Positions 1-9,477 of a DNA stretch of 35,598 bases are shown here, piece by piece. The position numbers and the translations under genes were made by a program. Every line of letters starts with the position of its first letter. Positions within the stretch are counted from its first letter, which is position 1. The notes beneath the pieces were generated by a model. That model ran no database searches. It saw nothing but the letters and a program-made list of their open reading frames with translations, and was not told the origin of the DNA. This stretch comes from Candidatus Anoxychlamydiales bacterium (GTDB taxonomy: Bacteria; Chlamydiota; Chlamydiia; Chlamydiales; SM23-39): contig JAAKFJ010000003.1 in the NCBI GenBank assembly GCA_011064745.1, positions 1 to 35,598 on the forward strand. Reading direction: 5' to 3'.

Positions 1-567
1 GCTATTTTTTGGTCAATTTTTAAATATTTAAATATACCTCTAATTATTGGAAGCTTTGTTGGGGTTGCAACCTCATATGCTCTTAGTGGAAAATTTTTAG
101 CCCAGTCTTTCTCTGTTATCGCCTTTTTATTTGGTCTATATTTTCTTTTTATTAAAAAAGTTCATAAAAGAGATAAAAAACCTGAGAAATATTTCGTGTT
201 TTTTTTAGGCCTTTGTATTGGGTTTTTAGCCACCTTGCTAGGTATTGGCGGCGGCGTTGTTGCGATACCAATGTTTATAATGCTCATGCGAGTTCCTAAT
301 TATTCACTCGTTGGAACGGCCGCGACAGCAACTTTTATCACTTCAATTATTGGGACTCTATGTTATTTGATTATGGGCTTTAATATGATAAGTAATGACT
401 ATTGTATTGGCTATATTCATGTGCCATCTTTTTTATCTATCGGAATTATCTCACTTTTCGCAGTCCCTTTTGGTATTAAACTTGCCGATAAACTAAATGT
501 AAAAATTTTAAAAAAAATATTTGCTATAGCTCTTATCGCTACCAGCATCTTCATGTTTTTTAAATAA
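1..567 (+). CDS. TSUP/TauE-SafE family membrane protein, 5'-truncated by the window edge
   Basis: Frame is open from base 1 into the 196..567 ORF; LLGIGGGVVAIP motif and several hydrophobic segments; C-terminal 'GIKLADKLNVKILKKIFA' pattern typical of TauE. Confidence 0.85.
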   Translation, partial: AIFWSIFKYLNIPLIIGSFVGVATSYALSGKFLAQSFSVIAFLFGLYFLFIKKVHKRDKKPEKYFVFFLGLCIGFLATLLGIGGGVVAIPMFIMLMRVPNYSLVGTAATATFITSIIGTLCYLIMGFNMISNDYCIGYIHVPSFLSIGIISLFAVPFGIKLADKLNVKILKKIFAIALIATSIFMFFK

Positions 568-646
568 AATCAAAAAAAACCTTAAATTTAACTCTATATT
601 AGTGCATAATAGTTTCGCAAAATTAAATAATTTAAGGAGTTAGTTT

Positions 647-1429
647 ATGGTCTCATTATTTGCTACACAATCAGTTGACAACAAGCCAAAATCAAATAGA
701 TTTGATGGGGCTGTAAATGTTGTAAAAAATGGTCAAAAAGACTTTATGAGAAGCATGCGCTTTGTTTGCGAGTGGGGTAGAGAGTCTTATAAATCCCTTA
801 AAGATGTTAAGCCTATAAGTAATTTTGTTACCGGCATAAAAGGAGCTGAAGATTTTTTAGCTTTTGGGGAATTTTTTCAATCTACTTGTAAAGTTGGAAG
901 CAGTGTTACTAATGTTTTAAAACATGGTGTAACCAAAACCTATTCTAGCCTAAAAGCCAGTTCTTTAGAGTTCATTTGGAACCTTTTTAAAGTCATGAAA
1001 TGCTTAAAAAGTTATGGGATTTATGCGCTAAAAGGTGCTATTTTCACACCCTTTATGGCGGTTGGAGGAGTTTCATTTGCTATAAATTCAGCCGATAAAG
1101 CCTTTGCCGAGATAAAAGCTAGTAATAAGCTTCAAAATAGTAACCTTCAAGAAAAAACCTTTTTACAAAAAATCAATCCGGTTAATTTTTTTACATCTAG
1201 TGAAACTGCTCAGAAAAAAGAAAAAGCTCTTCGTGATGCAACTTTAACATATCATTTTCATAAAACTGTGAAAAATGTCGGGACTCTAGCTGTTGGTGCA
1301 ATAGTTACTTTAAAAGCTCTATTTGCCTTTAGCGCTCCAGGAATTGTAATGCTTACTTTAGGAACTGTAATTTTGGTATCCAATACTGCAGCGAGTATTA
1401 TTAAAGAAAGTAATCATTTGAAATTATAA
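647..1429 (+). CDS. Hypothetical protein with C-terminal hydrophobic hairpin (possible Inc-like/T3SS effector)
   Basis: 260-aa ORF, AAGGAG RBS upstream; hydrophobic stretches 'GTLAVGAIVTLKALFAFSAPGIVMLTLGTVILVSNTAASII'; no recognisable family. Confidence 0.6.
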   Translation: MVSLFATQSVDNKPKSNRFDGAVNVVKNGQKDFMRSMRFVCEWGRESYKSLKDVKPISNFVTGIKGAEDFLAFGEFFQSTCKVGSSVTNVLKHGVTKTYSSLKASSLEFIWNLFKVMKCLKSYGIYALKGAIFTPFMAVGGVSFAINSADKAFAEIKASNKLQNSNLQEKTFLQKINPVNFFTSSETAQKKEKALRDATLTYHFHKTVKNVGTLAVGAIVTLKALFAFSAPGIVMLTLGTVILVSNTAASIIKESNHLKL

Positions 1430-1465
1430 TCCCGGCTCGATATATATGTTGATAAGAGGGCTAAC

Positions 1466-1921
1466 ATGCAAGATTGTTTATATTGCAAAATTGTTCAAGG
1501 CAAAGAACCATGTCATAAAATCTGGGAAAACGAAGATTTTTTAGCCTTTTTATCAATCTTTCCAAATACAGCGGGTTTTACCATCTTAATAACTAAAGAA
1601 CACCATAGCTCTTATCTTTTTGATTTAGAAGATGAGCTTTTACACAAATTTATTATCGCCTCAAAGTTTGTGGCTAAACTTCTAGATACAAAACTTCAAG
1701 ACGTTGAAAGAACAGGGCTTATCGTTGAATCTACAGGAGTTGATCACGCTCATATTAAATTGGTTCCAATGCATGGAACTTCAAAAATCAATAAATGGCA
1801 TCCCCCTATTGCTTTTTTAGATAAATATTTCAAAAAATATGAAGGCTATTTATCTTCACACGAATCTATTAGAAAAGATGATAAAGAGTTAGAAAAGATC
1901 GCTAAAAAAATTAGACTTTAA
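1466..1921 (+). CDS. HIT family nucleotide hydrolase
   Basis: N-terminal DCLYCKIV; histidine-triad-like 'VDHAHIKLVP'; GAGGG RBS. Confidence 0.9.
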   Translation: MQDCLYCKIVQGKEPCHKIWENEDFLAFLSIFPNTAGFTILITKEHHSSYLFDLEDELLHKFIIASKFVAKLLDTKLQDVERTGLIVESTGVDHAHIKLVPMHGTSKINKWHPPIAFLDKYFKKYEGYLSSHESIRKDDKELEKIAKKIRL

Positions 1922-2109
1922 TAGAACTTTTTCTTAGAGGATGATGGCCATTTATTTACATGGTATTGCAAATTCATTTGTTTGTATTTTACAAAACAAT
2001 AGGAACAAAACTTTTGAGCTCTACTTAAAATATCACCATTGGGATCAGATGAAACTAAGTAAACATAACTAGATATTAATAATATAATTAATATAAATTT
2101 CCTAATCAT
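1918..2109 (-). CDS. Small hypothetical protein with signal-peptide-like N-terminus
   Basis: 63 aa, MIRKFILIILLISS; GAGGA RBS upstream on minus strand; CxxC in the middle. Confidence 0.35.
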   Translation of the reverse strand: MIRKFILIILLISSYVYLVSSDPNGDILSRAQKFCSYCFVKYKQMNLQYHVNKWPSSSKKKFY

Positions 2110-2325
2110 TGTGTTTTCTTCCTCAAGTATTAAATTATTTTATTAGTTTATTATTTACAACTGTTTTTTTATAAATTTATATTAACCTGTTATTATTTCA
2201 GGAAATTATTAAAATCCTTTTAGATCAAATTTCGTATTAAGATTAAGAATTTAAGCGGGTGTTTGATATATTATAGTACATGAAGTAATTTTTTTTCAAA
2301 TGTTTTATATTAAAAGTTTTAAGAT

Positions 2326-3594
2326 CTAAGACCCTTCATTTTCAACCATTTGAGAGTGTTTTTTAAACATGGTAGAGACAACTCTTATCCAAATAAAATA
2401 AACAAGCATGGAGATTATACTGATTAATATAATTATGTTTAAACCGGTCACATTTTGTAAAAATATCAAAAAAAGAGAGGCAACAGCTTTAGCGCTTCGA
2501 TAGGCAAAAACATCAATAATGGCTTTCGCTCGATATTTTTCATCTGTTTTTAAAGGGATGTAGAGCATTTCTCTTATAATACCAAAAAATGAATAGTCTA
2601 ATGTTTTAATTGTCATATGAGAATAAGTGGCCATACCAAAAGAAGGAAAGAATAAAAATGCTAAAGAATTTATAGCTAAAATAAATGGTACAAATAGATG
2701 GGATTTTTTTAAACCGACGAAATTTATCAATAAAAAACCACCAAAGAACTGAAAACAAGTGACTAGAAAATTAATACTACTTGTGACTTTGCCTGTAAAG
2801 GCTGTCCTTAGATCAACATCTGGAATAGCTTTTTCTAGATAAGTATTAAATTGATAATCTATAAAGGCTGTTGCAACCTGCATAGAAATAACTATCAATA
2901 AAAGAAGAAGTAGATATGGTGAATTTTTAAATAACGAAAAACCTTCTTTAGAATGGCTCTTATCATTTTTATACTCTTCTTTAAAATCTTCATTGGTAAC
3001 AGCACTATTTTTCAAGGCTCTTACATAAAAAAGAGAAACAATTAAATAGATGGGAATTGAAAATAAAAATAGATTATGAGATTTTATTTGAACCGCAAAA
3101 AATCCAGATACCATCCCCCCTAAAACAGACCCAAATCCTCCAATACCAAACATAAGACCATATAAAAGTTTTGCCTTCTGGGTATCAATCGTTGTATGAA
3201 TCATCGACCAAGTTTGTTTAAAAGCGAGCAAGATATAAACATCCTTAAAGATGAATTGTAAAAAAATCAGCCAGGCAAATTTTTGAACAAATATAGATGT
3301 TAGGCCATGCATTATAATAATGCATGAAACAAATACAAAAAATACTTTTAAACGACCGATAGTTGGTAAAAAGCGATTGTATAAATAGACTACTAATAAA
3401 TTGAAAGGAACTCCTAAAATCCAGCAATATGGAAATATTTTACTTGAATAGTTCGATAAAAAAACCGAAGTACTAGCTGGCCTGATTATTGCATAATCGC
3501 AAGAAATAAAAAAAACGGATACTAAAACACTCAATATGAATGTTTTTTGACTTGATGTATAATTTGATAAAAAATTTTTAACAGTATTGATCAT
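2326..3594 (-). CDS. Npt/TLC-family nucleotide transporter (MFS fold)
   Basis: About 11-12 hydrophobic segments; 'DYAIIRP', 'KTLDYS..REMLYIPL..DEKYRAKAIIDVFAYR' resemble ATP/ADP-translocase (NTT) family motifs. Confidence 0.75.
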   Translation of the reverse strand: MINTVKNFLSNYTSSQKTFILSVLVSVFFISCDYAIIRPASTSVFLSNYSSKIFPYCWILGVPFNLLVVYLYNRFLPTIGRLKVFFVFVSCIIIMHGLTSIFVQKFAWLIFLQFIFKDVYILLAFKQTWSMIHTTIDTQKAKLLYGLMFGIGGFGSVLGGMVSGFFAVQIKSHNLFLFSIPIYLIVSLFYVRALKNSAVTNEDFKEEYKNDKSHSKEGFSLFKNSPYLLLLLLIVISMQVATAFIDYQFNTYLEKAIPDVDLRTAFTGKVTSSINFLVTCFQFFGGFLLINFVGLKKSHLFVPFILAINSLAFLFFPSFGMATYSHMTIKTLDYSFFGIIREMLYIPLKTDEKYRAKAIIDVFAYRSAKAVASLFLIFLQNVTGLNIIILISIISMLVYFIWIRVVSTMFKKHSQMVENEGS

Positions 3595-3681
3595 ATAAAA
3601 ATCTTACTAAATAGCTTAAGAGTGTGATCAATATCGGTTTTTTTTAAAAGGTCTTTTAATTAGAGCTTAATAAATATTTTA

Positions 3682-4695
3682 TTAATGACTTCCAGTTCTG
3701 GGTTTACTCTCTACTACATATGAAGAGGTAACTTTAATAAATTCAGCTTTTCTTTGAAGCTCTTTGATACTTCTCGCTCCCCCGTATGTTAAACCACTTC
3801 TAATACCGCCTAAAAGCTCATCTATTAAATCTTGTGTAGAACCAACTATTTTTGCCCAAAAATTCACACCTTCAGCCGTTGTTTTTTCTTTTAGACACCC
3901 AAAGAACTCTTTTTGAAAATCTTCACTCGCCTGTCCTCTGTATTTCGCTTCAGTAATACCATTTTTTTCTCTTTTAGGAGCTGCACTCTCTTTTGTAAGA
4001 GCAAAAAGTTTACCTATCATGACAGAGCTTGCACCAGCAGCGAGCGCAAGAACAACATCTCGAGAAGTTCTAATTCCTCCATCTGCGATAAGGGGAACTC
4101 TTAATTTGGCAGCAATTTGCGCACAATCTTTAATAGCTGTAAATTGCGGAACTCCAAAGCCTGTAATCAATCTGGTGGTACAAACAGCGCCAGGACCAAT
4201 GCCTACTTTAACAGCATCTGCGCCAGCATTAACTAAATCATGATAAGCGATAGCTGTACAGACATTACCAGCAATAATTTCTTTATCAGGATGCTTTTTT
4301 TTGAGCTCTTCAATAAAATGCATCATCATATCTGAATGCCCATGAGCAACATCGATACAAACACCTAAAGCACCTGCATCTAATAATTTTCTAGTTTCAT
4401 CTAATTTTTCTTTTTTGATCCCAGATGATATGAAAATTTTATTTTCATATTTTTTAATCCATTTTATTTGAGTCTCTAAACTGGTGAATCTATGAAAAAT
4501 AGGAATAGAGCCATTCTCTATTAAAACATCAGCGAGTTCTTCTGAAATCACTGAATCCATATTTGAGGCTATTAGAGGCATTTTAAGTTTTTGTTTTTTG
4601 GTAAGCCAAGAATCTAAAATTGGCATTGTTCTAGAGGGTATGTTATTAAATTGGGGAACCAAAGCTATATCATCGAATGTGTATCCTTCTTTCAT
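3682..4695 (-). CDS. guaC: GMP reductase / IMPDH family enzyme without CBS domains; GMP reductase favoured
   Basis: 'TFDDIALVP', 'IDVAHGHS', catalytic '[11 protein letters not shown]', 'IADGGI'; flap lacks the IMPDH Arg-Tyr dyad; 337 aa. Confidence 0.7.
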   Translation of the reverse strand: MKEGYTFDDIALVPQFNNIPSRTMPILDSWLTKKQKLKMPLIASNMDSVISEELADVLIENGSIPIFHRFTSLETQIKWIKKYENKIFISSGIKKEKLDETRKLLDAGALGVCIDVAHGHSDMMMHFIEELKKKHPDKEIIAGNVCTAIAYHDLVNAGADAVKVGIGPGAVCTTRLITGFGVPQFTAIKDCAQIAAKLRVPLIADGGIRTSRDVVLALAAGASSVMIGKLFALTKESAAPKREKNGITEAKYRGQASEDFQKEFFGCLKEKTTAEGVNFWAKIVGSTQDLIDELLGGIRSGLTYGGARSIKELQRKAEFIKVTSSYVVESKPRTGSH

Positions 4696-4803
4696 TTTTC
4701 ACCTAATTTTAAGATTAAAATACAACAATATAGCACGCTTTTTGTTTTTTTAAAACATGTTATATTGCTAGCTCGCATTTTATATTTTTGCTATATTAGT
4801 ATC

Positions 4804-5544
4804 ATGATTAGTATTGTAATGCTTAGTAAGAACTCATCCGAGACGATAAAAAGAGTATTAGACGCTCTAAAAGATTTTGATGAGATTATTCTACTTGATA
4901 CCGGATCTGCCGATAACACTTTAGAGATAGCTAAAACTTTTGAAAATGTTAAAATTCGAAAATCAACTTTTAATGGGTTTGGAGCTCTTCGAAATGAAGG
5001 CGCAAAACTGGCAAAAAACACCTGGATCTTAGCAATAGATAGCGATGAGATAATACCAACAAATCTCAAAAATGAACTTTTATCTTTAAATTTAGATCCT
5101 GAAAATATCTACGGTTTTTATTTTCATAACTATTACAATGATAAGCTGATTAAATGCTGCGGATGGTATCCTGAAAAACACCTTCGTCTTTATAATAAAA
5201 ACAAAACCGAGTTCTCAACAGATCTTGTTCATGAAAAAATTATTGAAAAAGCTCTAAATAAAGTATTTTTAAAAAATCCAATTGAACATTTTCCTTATAG
5301 AAAAATAGATGACTTTTTACAAAAGATGAGTAAATACTCTGACCTTTTTGCAAAGCAAAATAAAAACAAAAAAAAATCTTCTCTTTTTAAAGCTATCTTG
5401 CATGGCCTTTTTGCTTTTTTTAAAAGCTATATCATCAAAAGGGGCTTTTTAGCCAAAAAAGAAGGCTTTATAATATCTATTTACAATGCTAATACAGCTT
5501 TTTATAAATATCTAAAACTTTCAGAAATAAACTCAAAAGAATAA
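4804..5544 (+). CDS. Glycosyltransferase family 2 (WaaE/KdtX/LgtF-like LPS glucosyltransferase)
   Basis: Start MISIVML at 4804; 'LLDTGSADNT', 'GFGALRN', 'WILAIDSDE', 'GWYPEKHLRLY', 'VHE'. Confidence 0.9.
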   Translation: MISIVMLSKNSSETIKRVLDALKDFDEIILLDTGSADNTLEIAKTFENVKIRKSTFNGFGALRNEGAKLAKNTWILAIDSDEIIPTNLKNELLSLNLDPENIYGFYFHNYYNDKLIKCCGWYPEKHLRLYNKNKTEFSTDLVHEKIIEKALNKVFLKNPIEHFPYRKIDDFLQKMSKYSDLFAKQNKNKKKSSLFKAILHGLFAFFKSYIIKRGFLAKKEGFIISIYNANTAFYKYLKLSEINSKE

Positions 5545-6284
5545 TGCTTTTAACTTTTTTATATCACCGAATTAATGAAGGAAAATATGCTAATAGCGAA
5601 AAACGCCTCCTTGAGCATTTAAACTATCTCGCCACAAGATATAACATAGTTCTGCCTGGTGACAAGTTAAGTCTTTTTAAATTAAATGTCTGCTTAACTT
5701 TCGATGATGGCTTTTTTGATTTTTACAAAATAGTCTTTCCCCTTTTGAAAAAATTAAAAATAAAAGCTTTAATAGCCGTTCCGACAAAATACATTTTAAA
5801 AACAACGACTCAAAAAGATCTTGTTCGGATATCGGTTCCATTTAAAGATGCTATGAGAGGTACAGTTTATAAAACCAAAGCCCCCTTTTGTTCCTTTGAA
5901 GAGCTCAAAGAAATGCTAGATTCCAAATTAGTTCATATAGCGTCTCACTCATATAATCATGTCTCTCTTATAGAAAAAGATATTGATCTCAACCTAGAAA
6001 TTATAGAGTCGAAAAAAATTCTAGAAGAAAAACTCAATACTAAAATTGATACTTTTGTCTATCCCTTTGGAAAATTTAATAAAAATATTCACAAAGAAGT
6101 AAAAAAGCACTACAAATATGCAATGAGGCTTGGCACTGCTATCAATTTTAGTTGGCAAAATATCAGCTCAATAATCTATAGAATTGATAGTGATAATTTA
6201 AAATCAAAAGATGTGAATTTTAAACTTAAAAGATTTATTTCCTATTTTTGGTTTTTCTTTTTAAACACATTTAGAAAAAGGTGA
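5544..6284 (+). CDS. Polysaccharide deacetylase (CE4/NodB fold)
   Basis: 'LYHRI', 'LTFDDG', 'SHSYNH', 'YPFG'; TAATG coupling to the upstream GT2 gene. Confidence 0.88.
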   Translation: MLLTFLYHRINEGKYANSEKRLLEHLNYLATRYNIVLPGDKLSLFKLNVCLTFDDGFFDFYKIVFPLLKKLKIKALIAVPTKYILKTTTQKDLVRISVPFKDAMRGTVYKTKAPFCSFEELKEMLDSKLVHIASHSYNHVSLIEKDIDLNLEIIESKKILEEKLNTKIDTFVYPFGKFNKNIHKEVKKHYKYAMRLGTAINFSWQNISSIIYRIDSDNLKSKDVNFKLKRFISYFWFFFLNTFRKR

Positions 6285-6287
6285 TAT

Positions 6288-6572
6288 ATGAAGGATAAAA
6301 ACAACAAATTTTTTAATGACAAAGATCTTGTAATCGAAAATCTGAGAACCCTCAAAATAAACCTAGAAGATCTCGTAGACGTAGGATTTTCTGATCCAAA
6401 TGATGTCATATATAATGAACTTCTCTCCATGATAGATGATGCTAAAGGTTCCGATAGTGAACTGGCACTTTCTGAGGTTATTGAAAGAGCAAGAGTAATT
6501 GAGACGAAACTAGATTACTTTTATTCACATGAGGGTATTGAAACAACAGAGCTTAGCTGGCCACAAATCTAA
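6288..6572 (+). CDS. Acidic hypothetical protein
   Basis: 94-aa ORF 3 bp after the deacetylase, AGGTG RBS. Confidence 0.65.
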   Translation: MKDKNNKFFNDKDLVIENLRTLKINLEDLVDVGFSDPNDVIYNELLSMIDDAKGSDSELALSEVIERARVIETKLDYFYSHEGIETTELSWPQI

Positions 6573-6613
6573 ATATGAAAGCAGGAAAATTTTTATTTTA
6601 AAAAGGTATTAAA

Positions 6614-6998
6614 ATGTATTTTATAAAAGAAATCAAAGATGTTGACATTCATTGGTTAAAAAAAGTTAGGTTTTATAACCTATGAAATCAAAAAAAATAC
6701 CTGTGAAATCATGACATTAAATGCATTTAAACAATTTCAAGGAATAGGCTCTCTTCTTTTAAAAAAAGTTATAAAAACAGCTATTAAAAACAACTGTAAA
6801 AAAATAAAAGTTCTCACAACCAACGACAATATCGATGCTCTTCGGTTTTATCAAAAACGAGGCTTTAAAATGATCAAACTACATTTAAACGCTCTTGAAA
6901 AAGATCGAAAACTTAAACCTTCTATACCCAAAATAGGCGATTATAAAATCCCAATACAAGATGCCATTGAACTTCATTATCCATTAAATGATAAATAA
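6614..6998 (+). pseudogene. GNAT acetyltransferase, probably disrupted (frameshift plus internal deletion)
   Basis: ATG 6614 with AAGG RBS gives MYFIKEIKDVDIHWLKK; a different frame continues LGFITYEIKKNTCEIMTLNAF..QGIGSLLL..TTNDNIDALRFYQKRGF; junction at the A7 run 6658-6664. Confidence 0.65.
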
Positions 6999-7025
6999 GA
7001 GGAAATTGAACTAATATTTTAGAAT

Positions 7026-7493
7026 TTAAATATTTTTAGAAAAATAAATATTTCTTTTACCAGATCCATTTAACTGTAGGTCCATAGAGCTCCAAAAAGC
7101 ATTAGCCAACACAAGGCTCTTATCTACTTCAACTTTCAAAGAAGACGCCCCTTTTGATTTCCCCCATCTGATTAATATTTTCAAAACCTTTGAACCAAAT
7201 CCTTTTCTTCTATATTTCTTATCAATAAAAAACTCAGCTATATATAAAATGTTTTCTTTCAAATAAACATTTGCAATTCCTATTATCTTTGAATTATTTT
7301 TGATTAAAAACAGCCCCCTAAATTTCTCTTCTGATTGTTTTTTAAGCTTTTTTTTATATTCTTTTTGAAAATCTGTTTTTGTCTTGTTTTTTAAAACACT
7401 TGGCCAATAGGTCGTTATATAATCAACTGACATTTTTAAAAATACTTCCCATGAAAAAGTAATTTTCTTGCAGTCTTCTAAATATACTTTCAT
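7026..7493 (-). CDS. GNAT family N-acetyltransferase
   Basis: Acetyl-CoA binding motif 'FFIDKKYRRKGFGSKVL', 'ANAFW'. Confidence 0.85.
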   Translation of the reverse strand: MKVYLEDCKKITFSWEVFLKMSVDYITTYWPSVLKNKTKTDFQKEYKKKLKKQSEEKFRGLFLIKNNSKIIGIANVYLKENILYIAEFFIDKKYRRKGFGSKVLKILIRWGKSKGASSLKVEVDKSLVLANAFWSSMDLQLNGSGKRNIYFSKNI

Positions 7494-7500
7494 ATTTAAT

Positions 7501-8226
7501 CTATTTCCGATTCTTGATTTGGAATGTGTATAATATGATAGCGGCTGCCCCTGCTACGTTTAAAGACTGCAACTGACCACTCATTAGAATATGAACTTTA
7601 TAATCTGATTTTTTGAGTAAAAGTTTTTGAATCCCCTCTCCTTCAGAACCCATTATCAAAACAGTTTTTTTCGGAAATTTAAATTTATATAAATCTTGAG
7701 AATTTTCATCTAAAACTGTTGATATGACAGAAAAGCCTGCATCTATAAAAAGATCTAAGCTATTTGCTAGATTAGAGACTTTTATTAAATCTATAAGCTC
7801 TGTAGCACCAGAGGCTGCTTTAGAAACTGTCGGGGTTATATCTGAGCCTCTATTTTTAGAAAAGATAACACCGTCTACTGAAAAGCAATTAGCAGATCTT
7901 AAAATAGCACCCAGGTTTTGTGGATCGAAAATATTATCTAACATTAAGACTAATAAAGATTCTTTATCTTCATTTTTTTTAAAAAAATCTTTTAGATTAA
8001 AGTAATTTCTGTCTTTTATTTTGGCGATAATATTTTGGTGGGATTCAGATTTTACCATCGAAGATAGAGTCTTCTTAGAAACAAATTTTAGAGTAATGTT
8101 TTTATTTTTTAGATCTTGGATTAGAGGATCTGTTTTATCCTTAGAGGTGAATATTTCTAAAAGAGCAGAGCTCTTATACTTTAAAACCTCTGAAATAGTA
8201 TTTTTTCCCATTATCAAATTGCTCAT
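7501..8226 (-). CDS. rlmB: 23S rRNA 2'-O-methyltransferase RlmB (SPOUT/TrmH family)
   Basis: 'HQNIIA', 'LDNIFDPQNLGAILRSA', 'MGSEGEG', 'SLNVA'; likely start MSNLIMG at 8226, ATGA overlap with the SET gene stop. Confidence 0.9.
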   Translation of the reverse strand: MSNLIMGKNTISEVLKYKSSALLEIFTSKDKTDPLIQDLKNKNITLKFVSKKTLSSMVKSESHQNIIAKIKDRNYFNLKDFFKKNEDKESLLVLMLDNIFDPQNLGAILRSANCFSVDGVIFSKNRGSDITPTVSKAASGATELIDLIKVSNLANSLDLFIDAGFSVISTVLDENSQDLYKFKFPKKTVLIMGSEGEGIQKLLLKKSDYKVHILMSGQLQSLNVAGAAAIILYTFQIKNRK

Positions 8227-8879
8227 TTTGCTCCGATTGGGTTTTCTCTTTTTTTCCAATAAAAAGGGCCATAATTATAAGTTAGCTCTTCATTTTTTTT
8301 TATGACTCTTTTGGTTCTAAAAATTATGTGGATAGCTCCATTTAAATAGACAGAAAGCGGACTAACATTCGGTTTAAAGCTATGGTTCACAAATCTTATC
8401 AAAGAGCCCTCTTCTCTAGCATCGATGGTATAGGGTGTTTTTTTATAACCTATAGAATACTCAAAAAGATATGAATTTTTATCATCCATAATTTTTCGAT
8501 ATTTTCTGACATTGCCGGTATATTCTCCTAAAAACTCTCTAATCTTAAAATCTTTATTAGCAAAAAGCCCATACTCTTTAGTAGAATCAATCCATTTGAT
8601 ATAGACATCGGGGATAAAATGAGCTTTGATTTCTTTTTCATAATACGTGCCAAACCAAATATTTTCTTTGGTTAAAAGACCTTCTCTACCCGCTTTGATA
8701 CATATTTTATTAATTTTTTTTAATATTCTTGGAGTATCGAAGTGCAAAGTTGGTATATATTTAATCTCGAGCAGGTCTTCAAATTCTTTTTTTGTATAGA
8801 CAAAAACCTTGCCGTCTCGCTTAATTTTAAATAGGTAGTCGTCTTTCATAAAAAATATTTGTTTTAATTTATTATACAT
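8223..8879 (-). CDS. SET-domain protein-lysine methyltransferase (chlamydial NUE/cpnSET-like)
   Basis: 'YGLFA', 'EYTG', 'IDA..GSLIRFVNHSFKPN', 'EELTYNYG..YW'; start could be 8849. Confidence 0.9.
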   Translation of the reverse strand: MYNKLKQIFFMKDDYLFKIKRDGKVFVYTKKEFEDLLEIKYIPTLHFDTPRILKKINKICIKAGREGLLTKENIWFGTYYEKEIKAHFIPDVYIKWIDSTKEYGLFANKDFKIREFLGEYTGNVRKYRKIMDDKNSYLFEYSIGYKKTPYTIDAREEGSLIRFVNHSFKPNVSPLSVYLNGAIHIIFRTKRVIKKNEELTYNYGPFYWKKRENPIGAK

Positions 8880-8934
8880 AATTTTGCAAAAAAATTAAAA
8901 CTTTTGCACAATAAAGAAAAAAGGTAGGTATATT

Positions 8935-9369
8935 ATGAGTAATTTTCCCCTAAAATTTGAAGTTATGGCAGATTCTAAATATGGAATTTCAGAGCCGTGG
9001 CAATGCTCGGCTGATGCAATGGAGCCAATAACCGTTTCTATTCCGGCCGAGTTTAATGGTCCTGGAAAGGCTTATTCACCAGAAGACTTATATGGGCTAG
9101 CTGTTTTAAACTGTCTTATTTCTGTATATAAATCTCTTTGTGAAGCCAATAAAGTTGTTTTTGAAACAATCGATGGTAAATTAATTGTTACCATGGATAA
9201 AAAACAGCAAGATGGTCAGCTTATCTTAACTCACTTAGATATAACTTTTAATGTTCATGGCGCTCAGGATAAAGAAAAAGCTAGAGAGATTTTAGAAAAA
9301 GCGATTAGAGATTGTCCTGTAACTAATTCAATTAAATCCGGAAAGACCTGTCATATTAATATTGATTAA
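8935..9369 (+). CDS. OsmC/Ohr family protein
   Basis: 'PAEFNGPG..SPEDL..AVLNC' and 'CPVTNSI' two-Cys pattern. Confidence 0.88.
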   Translation: MSNFPLKFEVMADSKYGISEPWQCSADAMEPITVSIPAEFNGPGKAYSPEDLYGLAVLNCLISVYKSLCEANKVVFETIDGKLIVTMDKKQQDGQLILTHLDITFNVHGAQDKEKAREILEKAIRDCPVTNSIKSGKTCHINID

Positions 9370-9477
9370 TTTATTTCAAATAAATTTTGATATTAAAGAC
9401 TTTTATTTGGTTTGAAGTTCTATTACATTTGATTTAAAATAAGCTCTAAAAAAAAACTTATATTTACGAGGTAAAAC

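Noticed and set aside
4651-4803. N-terminal extension of the GT2 ORF
   Set aside because: Overlaps the divergent guaC start; family similarity begins at ATG 4804
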